From Spirochaetaceae bacterium (GTDB taxonomy: Bacteria; Spirochaetota; Spirochaetia; DSM-2461): a DNA stretch of 24,000 bases. Within the stretch, counting starts at the first letter, position 1. Each line of letters opens with the position of its first letter. The stretch covers positions 250,201 through 274,200 of the forward strand of contig JAOPTT010000002.1 of NCBI GenBank assembly GCA_051531975.1. The letters run 5' to 3'. Of the stretch, positions 16,231 to 22,840 are shown piece after piece. Made by a program: the position numbers and the translations under genes. A model generated the notes under the pieces. It was not told where the DNA came from and did not search any database. It worked only from the letters and a program-made list of their open reading frames with translations.

Positions 16231-17388
16231 TTGAGCAAGTTAACTAAAATATTAAGACCATCATACATTAAAGGTTTTAAATGCATAGGTGGTACCTGTG
16301 AAGATAGTTGCTGTATTGGTTGGAATATAGATATTGATAAACTAACTTTTCGTAAATACTTTCGAACAGATAATGTCTTAATGAAACAAAAATTTAAAAA
16401 ACATGTATATAAAAATGAAGAATGTGATTTTGAAGAGATAGACTATGGTCGAATGAAAATCCCAGATAGTAAGTGGTGTCCATTTTTAGATGAAGATAAG
16501 TTATGTGAGATTTATTCTAATCTGGGAGAAGATCATTTATCAAATGTTTGCCACAGTTATCCAAGGATTTACAATGTTCTAGATGGAGTTTATGAGATAT
16601 CTCTTTATATGTCATGCCCAGAAGCTGTGAGAATGTTACTTCAAAATAAAAATCCAATGAAATTTATAGAAGAAGAGATAAAATTAGATAAACATATAGT
16701 CCACAGTTATGTTAATACCTTGGACAAACAGTGGAAAGGAACACCTATTAAAGAACTTAAAAAATTACGTTCTATGTCAATAAAGATGATACAAAATAGG
16801 AGTTTACCCTTAGATGAGAGGTTATCTAAACTTGGTAAAAAATTAAAAAGTAAAAATATAACCGAACCTCTAAAAGTAGAAAACAGTTTCACATTCCAAC
16901 TTAGCTTTTTTAAAGAAGCCATGAATACCCTAAATGTATTTACAGAAATAGATAGCCCTGTTTTTAAAGTGTATACTAACAATATTATAAAGGGATTCAA
17001 TATTAATAGTTCACAAGGTTGGGAATCAACATCAACTTACCAAGATGTTATGAACAGAGTTGTAAAACCATTTATATTAAAAAATGAATACATGTTTGAA
17101 CACTATTTAGTAAATTCAATATTCCAAGGAAATTTCCCATTTAATATAAACCAAGATCAGTTTGATGGATACCTAATGTTAGTTGTTCGTTATACATTTA
17201 TCAGGTTTTATCTAGCAGGAATAGCTATAATAAATGGCGAAATAACAAAAGAAGATGTTGTTTCCATGATTCAAGTTCACACTAAAACAATTAATCACCA
17301 CGAGACCTTCATATCCCAGACATTAGACAATATAAAAGAGAGAGAGTTTGATAATATAGATTTTACAGAAATAATATTAAGGGTATAA
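16231..17388 (+). CDS. FliB-family protein (flagellin lysine-N-methylase homologue; Cys-rich YkgJ/UPF0153-like N-terminus)
   Basis: 385 aa. Motifs: FKCIGGTCEDSCCIGWNIDIDKLTFRKY, then CPFLDEDKLCEIY, LSNVCHSYPR and ISLYMSCPEAVRMLL. This order of Cys motifs matches what I recall of Salmonella FliB. The only available start is TTG 16231, with AAGGA 8 nt upstream and an in-frame stop at 16195. Confidence 0.7.
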   Translation: MSKLTKILRPSYIKGFKCIGGTCEDSCCIGWNIDIDKLTFRKYFRTDNVLMKQKFKKHVYKNEECDFEEIDYGRMKIPDSKWCPFLDEDKLCEIYSNLGEDHLSNVCHSYPRIYNVLDGVYEISLYMSCPEAVRMLLQNKNPMKFIEEEIKLDKHIVHSYVNTLDKQWKGTPIKELKKLRSMSIKMIQNRSLPLDERLSKLGKKLKSKNITEPLKVENSFTFQLSFFKEAMNTLNVFTEIDSPVFKVYTNNIIKGFNINSSQGWESTSTYQDVMNRVVKPFILKNEYMFEHYLVNSIFQGNFPFNINQDQFDGYLMLVVRYTFIRFYLAGIAIINGEITKEDVVSMIQVHTKTINHHETFISQTLDNIKEREFDNIDFTEIILRV

Positions 17389-18018
17389 GTTTTTATATAG
17401 ATCTAAATATTCTTTAAACAGAGGATTTGTAGAACTTTTTTTAGTATAATGTTTAATTGATTTATCTATATACTCTAAATGTTTATTGTCATTTTTATTA
17501 AACATTGTTTTACCTATAAGATCGATTTCATCTCCCCTATCAAGTGATATCCTCATTATTTCATGTGCCCATTTTCCCTCAAAACACAAAAGCTCTTTTT
17601 GTATTTTAAATCCGGCTAATTTTAAAAAACTACGTAGCTCCGGTGTTCTGTTTTGTACAGATAAAATAATATCATGGCCTAATAAATTGTTATTTTTTAA
17701 TAGACCAGTAATTATATCTTTAGCAGTTTCACTACCTACTCCACAGATACAGACAAGAGCTCTATTTCCTGTCAATTTTATTTCTTCTGCATTTAATAAT
17801 TGTACAGTAAATCTAGAGGAATCGATGGAATTTATCTTATCGAGCTTAGTTTTTAGATTAGACATAATACTTGGGATACAATCCACAAAATGAACTATTT
17901 TTACTCTACTATTTTGTAATAGATATATTCCTAACTTACCATGATCGCAACATGTATCCCATATTTCATCATATTCTGTCTCTATGAATCCTGTAATATA
18001 TTTTAATCGTGTTTTCAT
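17377..18018 (-). CDS. trmK: TrmK-family SAM-dependent methyltransferase (tRNA (adenine22-N1)-methyltransferase-like)
   Basis: 213 aa. Motifs: IWDTCCDHGKLGIYLL (compare TrmK DIGSDHAYLP), VCICGVGSETAKDII (compare IAGMGG) and ILSVQNRTPELRSFL. The helical C-terminal domain also matches TrmK. Confidence 0.65.
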   Translation of the reverse strand: MKTRLKYITGFIETEYDEIWDTCCDHGKLGIYLLQNSRVKIVHFVDCIPSIMSNLKTKLDKINSIDSSRFTVQLLNAEEIKLTGNRALVCICGVGSETAKDIITGLLKNNNLLGHDIILSVQNRTPELRSFLKLAGFKIQKELLCFEGKWAHEIMRISLDRGDEIDLIGKTMFNKNDNKHLEYIDKSIKHYTKKSSTNPLFKEYLDLYKNLYP

Positions 18019-18022
18019 TTTA

Positions 18023-18913
18023 TTAACTTTTAACCCTACCCATAATAATAGTTCTTCCAGCAGAAAATTTTATCTCTTTAGTAACGATAATACTGTCTGG
18101 TAATTTTTTTAATATCTGATCAGGGAATATTACACAGAAACTTTTAATATATGGTATCCAAGCTTCAAACAGTCTTAATGAGAGGTCTACAACTGTTGTA
18201 TCCCATGATCTATCAGCTGGGAAATCGCTAACTAAACAACAATCCTTTATCCATGGATCAAAAGCATCTTTTTTCTGTATTTTAATATCTAAATTAAGGT
18301 TATCCCTATTTATTCGAGCTTTTCTTAACATGTTATAGTTATTATCTGCCATGTATGTTTTTTTATTTCTTAACATTGCTGCCAAAGGAATTAGTCCAGT
18401 ACCACAACATGGATCAACAATTGTCTGATCACCAACAATATTAACCATTGCTAATGCCGCCTGGGAAGTAAGAGATACTGAAGTACGTTGGGTAATCAAA
18501 CTCATCTGATCTAAGATACTATTCTTCTTTTCTGTAAGGAACCCTGCAATCCATACTTTTTCATCTGGAGTGAATACTAAAATAATAGAAGCTGGATTTG
18601 AAGCTCGAACTACTCCACCATGGATCTCTTCTGCAAGGGCAGCATATGTTAAAGAGCCCCGGCGTCTTTTTCTTGAAACCTTTTCCATCCTGTAAGGAGA
18701 TGGTATATCCTGGTCGAAGTTTTTTATAGCGTCCTCTGCACTTTCACCTCTAGAGACCTCTTTTACACTAAAAGAAGCGTATGCACTCCCAGATAGATCA
18801 AAAGTATCTCCAGAAAAATACCTATTAGAGTTTTGTTTTAAACCTGCTGATAACATCTCTGCTAATGATAATTCTTCAAATCCATGTGGTGCAGTTCTAT
18901 ATACCCAGATCAT
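18023..18913 (-). CDS. Class I SAM-dependent methyltransferase, UPF0020 / Trm11 / RlmL-like, with an N-terminal THUMP-like module
   Basis: 296 aa. Motifs: RTSVSLTSQAALAMVNI, then motif I IVDPCCGTGLIPLAA, then a motif IV-like VSDFPADRSW. GAGGAG lies upstream of ATG 18913. Only 4 nt separate it from the trmK-like gene. Confidence 0.65.
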   Translation of the reverse strand: MIWVYRTAPHGFEELSLAEMLSAGLKQNSNRYFSGDTFDLSGSAYASFSVKEVSRGESAEDAIKNFDQDIPSPYRMEKVSRKRRRGSLTYAALAEEIHGGVVRASNPASIILVFTPDEKVWIAGFLTEKKNSILDQMSLITQRTSVSLTSQAALAMVNIVGDQTIVDPCCGTGLIPLAAMLRNKKTYMADNNYNMLRKARINRDNLNLDIKIQKKDAFDPWIKDCCLVSDFPADRSWDTTVVDLSLRLFEAWIPYIKSFCVIFPDQILKKLPDSIIVTKEIKFSAGRTIIMGRVKS

Positions 18914-19098
18914 TTATATGGTACTCCTCTAGTGTTTTATTAGGTGTTAAAAAATTATGTTATTTTACATACAATTTAATATTAATGATATGTTTCAATA
19001 TTTAATAATTTTAGTCATATATCACTATTTATTGCGAATCCCATAAACATGACTTAAGTTTAATATATAGTTTTAAAAAAATCGAATTAGAGGTTATA

Positions 19099-19857
19099 AT
19101 GAAAAAGATACTTTTTATTATCTGTGAAGTAGTATTTCTGTCTATTTTTATATTTCCAGATGAGATTCCTCCAATAATTATTGGTACGGATCCATTCCCT
19201 CCATATTCAATACAAAATAACTCAGAAGAATATACCGGCTTAGCTACTGACATTATTAAAGAAATTTTAAATGAGATGGAAACACCTTATAAAATAGAAG
19301 TATATCCATGGGCAAAATCACTAATAATGTTAAAAACAGGAAAGATCCAAGCTCTATATACAATTGGAAAAACAGAAGAGCGGGAAAAAGACTTTTACTT
19401 CCCAGATGAACCACTTTGCTTTTCTAGGTGGGTATTTTTTATACGGAAAGAAGATAAAGGTATTTTAAAATACAATTCATTAGATGATTTAAAAGGTAAA
19501 CAAATAGGTCTAATAAGAGACTATAAATATACTCCAGAACTTTGGGAGTTTGTAAATAAACATAAAAACTTTTATATACTACCAGATGAAAAAACAAGCT
19601 TTAAACTATTAGCCTCAAAAAGAGTTGATTATATTATAAACGACTATATCACTGGAACAATTTTATCCAAGGAACTTGGTCTCTCAGAATCTATAACGGC
19701 TCTTAACGAAGTTCCTTTGGAAATAACACCTCTTTATATTGCTTTTAGTAAAAGTGAATACAGTGAAAAAGTTGTAAAAGAGTTTTCTACCAGGCTTAAA
19801 ATATTTAAGAATAGCAGTAGATATTCAACTTTATCTAACTCTTATTTAGATCAATAA
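19099..19857 (+). CDS. Family-3 solute-binding protein (amino-acid-type SBP_bac_3 fold), orphan, with signal peptide
   Basis: 252 aa. The signal sequence is MKKILFIICEVVFLSIFIF. Typical SBP3 strings: YPWAKSLIMLKTGKIQALY, GKQIGLIRDY and VDYIINDYITG. GAGG lies 5 nt upstream of the ATG. No permease or ATPase gene is adjacent. Confidence 0.8.
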   Translation: MKKILFIICEVVFLSIFIFPDEIPPIIIGTDPFPPYSIQNNSEEYTGLATDIIKEILNEMETPYKIEVYPWAKSLIMLKTGKIQALYTIGKTEEREKDFYFPDEPLCFSRWVFFIRKEDKGILKYNSLDDLKGKQIGLIRDYKYTPELWEFVNKHKNFYILPDEKTSFKLLASKRVDYIINDYITGTILSKELGLSESITALNEVPLEITPLYIAFSKSEYSEKVVKEFSTRLKIFKNSSRYSTLSNSYLDQ

Positions 19858-19864
19858 TATTGTA

Positions 19865-20599
19865 TTAAAACATTAATTCATGGGTGAGAGGGGATTTATA
19901 ATTAGGTATATGTTCTATTTTTAAACCATCTGTTTGTAGAGCATTTTCAACTATTTTTTTAACAAAGATATGGGTATTTGCATCAGATAATAGTTCATCT
20001 ACTGGCATCCAGATAGCTTTAGATATTTCTGATGGATCAATAATTATTTCAGAACTCAGAGGTTTTAACATACAAGTAAAATATATGTCAGATTTTCCAT
20101 ACCTATAACCATGCCAATGTCTAAAACTATTAACAGAGATAAACTCAGTTGTTATGCCAGTCTCCTCAAAAACTTCTCTAACAACAGCATCGGAAATATG
20201 TTCCCCAGGATCTAAAGCACCTCCTGGAAGTTTATATGTTTTTATCTTATGAAACCTTTCGTGGATAACAAGGATTCTATTTTGATCATCAATTACTACA
20301 CCACCGGCACCAATATAATGTGTAGCATAACCAGGAACAAAAGCATCTTTTACTAATTTAAGGGTTAGAAGTAGTCCATTTTCATCGGCGTGGTGAAACA
20401 AAAAACCTGAATCAACAGCAGCTGAAATTAAATTAGCTTTAGATGTTGGAAGAAATAACCATATTAGTCTTGCAGTATCATTACTTAATTCTTGTATTGT
20501 TTCTTCTAAATTTAGTTTAAATGTTTTAGCATCAGTTTCTAATATCTCTGAGTCTATAACAGCCCCACCAAACTCATTTATTTCATATTTTAATATCAT
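19865..20599 (-). CDS. Nudix hydrolase with an N-terminal pre-Nudix domain (NUDT6 / plant NUDX2-7-like architecture)
   Basis: 244 aa. The Nudix box is GGALDPGEHISDAVVREVFEETGI (GX5EX7REUXEEXGU). Confidence 0.85.
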   Translation of the reverse strand: MILKYEINEFGGAVIDSEILETDAKTFKLNLEETIQELSNDTARLIWLFLPTSKANLISAAVDSGFLFHHADENGLLLTLKLVKDAFVPGYATHYIGAGGVVIDDQNRILVIHERFHKIKTYKLPGGALDPGEHISDAVVREVFEETGITTEFISVNSFRHWHGYRYGKSDIYFTCMLKPLSSEIIIDPSEISKAIWMPVDELLSDANTHIFVKKIVENALQTDGLKIEHIPNYKSPLTHELMF

Positions 20600-20655
20600 A
20601 CATATAATTTATACGTTTTTACTAATGTTATCAAATGATAAAATACCTTATTGCA

Positions 20656-22386
20656 TTAGCTGGACATTCTATTATAAATTTCTTCCATCTGTTTGTGTAG
20701 CTTTAAAAAAGCTTTAAAAACAACCGGTCCAAAAATATCTTCACCAGATCTACCAGTTCTATCATCGGTGGTTAAGATATTAAGAGTCTTTTCATGACTA
20801 AACCCATCTTTATATTGCCTTGGACTTCTAAGGGCATCATACCTATCAGCTAAAGATACAATTAAACACTCTATTGGTATTTCATCTGCCTTTAAAGGCC
20901 TACATTTGGAATAAAAGCCTGGTTCAGTAGAGAGTTCCTCCACCATATTTCCATTAGTATTTATTAAAGCTGGATATCCAGAACCTGACCACTCTTGATG
21001 ATGTAATAAAGAGATTTTTTTTGCCAATTCTAATCTAGGATCATCTTCGACACCTCTACTTATCATTTTCTCGATTATCTGTGCACCATAAATTGGATGC
21101 ATCTGCATTAATTCTCTCTCGGCTGGAGTATATATTCTATCAATTTTAATTATGTCTGGTATGGCAACCTTCCCGATATCGTGAATTGCAGCAACTTGTC
21201 CTATCCAAACAGATGTCTTTTCATCTAGATTTAACTCTCTAGCAATTAATTCCGAATAATAATTAACTCTATAAATATGTTGCCCTGTTATTTCATCACT
21301 AAATTCTGCTGCTGCACAGAGCCCATCAATTGCTTCTAAGAACCTTAAGTCATTCTTCTTTGCCATATCGATTAAAGTACTTATAATCCTGGTATTATCT
21401 AATAAAGCTTCCATTGCTTTTAAATCATAGCTGGTTATTTCAGATTTTTTATTAAAAGTGATAATTGAAATATTTTCTTTATGATAATTTATAAAGTTAG
21501 TAATATCGAAACCCATAAATTCCTTAATTTTATTATCAAAAGGATAAATTGATTCAAACTCTGTTTGGTTGTTATAATTTGATTTAGAATCCGTTACAAT
21601 TTTATTTTTTTGTCTAGATATATTAATCGGTGCTGAACTATCAGAACTTATAGCTATAGATTCTGACTTCACTAAAACACCATTATCAATACGATATGCA
21701 TGGCCGTTTAATGAACCACTATAATTTAACTGAGTAATAAACAGTCCTGAGTAATCTTTTTTTAATACAAGAGCCGATAGTCTATCATATACATCATTAG
21801 TATATATAAGATCATCTAATGAGTTTAAAATATCATTACTGAAATGTTTTTGTACTTCTAGTTTAAGATCAAGGTTACGACTCAGGGTAATATCATGCAA
21901 CCACACAAGTGAATTATTATTTACAACTTTAATACTTGCGCTATACCATTTTTTTAATTTAATTGAGAAAACTTGGTCTTCATTTTTAAGTTTTTTATCT
22001 CTTAAAGTTATTAGATCAGATAGTTTTTTTATTCCATGCTCTTTGAAAAGATGTTCCGTTTTTCCTGCAGCTGCAACAATATTCCCATTTTCATCCATTA
22101 CAAAAGCTGGATCATTATTCTCTTGAGGAAGAAGTAATAAAATATCTTTTTTTCTATTTTTAAACATAACTGCTGCTTTAGAAAATGATTGAACAAAGAT
22201 AGGAACTAAAAACGGTGTTAAATTAGAAAAGATATATCCTGTTGTAATCAGATTTATAATTAACCCAACAATAAATGAAATTAGATAATTTAAAGGTTTA
22301 ATCAATTCTAAAAAGATAAGTTTTGCCATAATAATAATTTTTTTCATATAAATAATATTATGTCGACTCTGTATATTATGCAACAT
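20656..22386 (-). CDS. Membrane-anchored HD-GYP domain protein (probable c-di-GMP phosphodiesterase) with PAS-like and GAF-like sensor modules
   Basis: 576 aa. It has one or two N-terminal TM segments. HD-GYP motifs: IAAIHDIGKVAIPD, HPIYGAQII, LLHHQEWSGSGYP and SLADRYDALRSPRQYK. The start is uncertain: ATGs at 22386, 22347 and 22329, none with a clear SD. Confidence 0.85.
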   Translation of the reverse strand: MLHNIQSRHNIIYMKKIIIMAKLIFLELIKPLNYLISFIVGLIINLITTGYIFSNLTPFLVPIFVQSFSKAAVMFKNRKKDILLLLPQENNDPAFVMDENGNIVAAAGKTEHLFKEHGIKKLSDLITLRDKKLKNEDQVFSIKLKKWYSASIKVVNNNSLVWLHDITLSRNLDLKLEVQKHFSNDILNSLDDLIYTNDVYDRLSALVLKKDYSGLFITQLNYSGSLNGHAYRIDNGVLVKSESIAISSDSSAPINISRQKNKIVTDSKSNYNNQTEFESIYPFDNKIKEFMGFDITNFINYHKENISIITFNKKSEITSYDLKAMEALLDNTRIISTLIDMAKKNDLRFLEAIDGLCAAAEFSDEITGQHIYRVNYYSELIARELNLDEKTSVWIGQVAAIHDIGKVAIPDIIKIDRIYTPAERELMQMHPIYGAQIIEKMISRGVEDDPRLELAKKISLLHHQEWSGSGYPALINTNGNMVEELSTEPGFYSKCRPLKADEIPIECLIVSLADRYDALRSPRQYKDGFSHEKTLNILTTDDRTGRSGEDIFGPVVFKAFLKLHKQMEEIYNRMSS

Positions 22387-22528
22387 TATTGAACTTTTTG
22401 TATTGTTAATTTCAGTATTTCAATTAAAACTGATATTTTATTTGATCTTACTCTCTTTTTTTGTGTTTTGGGAAGAAATGACTAATTCTGTTGTTTATAA
22501 GATTATACAATTATGATTATTATTATCA

Positions 22529-22557
22529 TTTACAAGCAGTAAAACCTTTGTTATAGT
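22529..22557 (+). promoter_or_regulatory. Candidate sigma-70 promoter of the ABC-F leader
   Basis: TTTACA (22529-22534), a 17-nt spacer, then TATAGT (22552-22557). Confidence 0.4.
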
Positions 22558-22581
22558 TAAATTATTAAGAAAGGATGACCG

Positions 22582-22629
22582 ATGAAAATTACCGTATTAA
22601 ATGCAAAGAAATTTGAAAGAGACATTTAG
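22582..22629 (+). CDS. Candidate 15-codon leader peptide (MKITVLNAKKFERDI)
   Basis: AAAGGA lies 6 nt upstream of ATG 22582, and the TAG stop is at 22627-22629. It sits between the candidate promoter and the intrinsic terminator. Confidence 0.4.
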   Translation: MKITVLNAKKFERDI

Positions 22630-22652
22630 TAGGTAATTATAATCTTATATAT

Positions 22653-22682
22653 AAACCCGAGGCTAATGTCTCGGGTTTTTTA
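22653..22682 (+). terminator. Rho-independent terminator inside the ABC-F 5' leader (attenuator)
   Basis: AAACCCGAG (22653-22661), loop GCTAATGT, CTCGGGTTT (22670-22678), continuing into TTTTTTAT. No upstream plus-strand gene exists for it to terminate. Confidence 0.7.
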
Positions 22683-22720
22683 TTTATAACTAATTTTTAC
22701 AAAAAAACAGGAGAGAGAAC

Positions 22721-22840
22721 ATGAAAATTAAGCAGATGGAAAACAAAACAAAGAGAACTAAAACAGAAGGAAGTCAATTTTGCTTATACAGGGACAAAAA
22801 ATATCATATAGATATAAAACAAACAGTGAATATACATTAG
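22721..22840 (+). CDS. Candidate 39-codon upstream ORF overlapping the ABC-F start out of frame
   Basis: AGGAG (22709-22713) lies 7 nt upstream of ATG 22721. Translation: MKIKQMENKTKRTKTEGSQFCLYRDKKYHIDIKQTVNIH, with the TAG stop at 22838-22840. I see no homology to anything I recognise. Confidence 0.3.
   Translation: MKIKQMENKTKRTKTEGSQFCLYRDKKYHIDIKQTVNIH

Noticed and set aside
16179-16247. 22-codon ORF (MKKTFIMAHPKKAKDRLFEQVN) overlapping the TTG start of the FliB-like gene
   Set aside because: It has no Shine-Dalgarno sequence upstream and no associated RNA structure. It is indistinguishable from a chance ORF.
19029-19253. 74-aa minus-strand ORF spanning the divergent intergenic region and the 5' end of the family-3 binding-protein gene
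   Set aside because: It overlaps the well-supported plus-strand gene, has no RBS and has no recognisable motifs. It is probably spurious.
20628-20641. Palindrome TTATCA-AA-TGATAA upstream of the Nudix gene, built from Fur-box-like hexamers
   Set aside because: A 6-2-6 palindrome made almost entirely of A and T is expected fairly often in DNA of this composition. The arrangement is inverted relative to the 7-1-7 Fur consensus. No regulator gene is adjacent.
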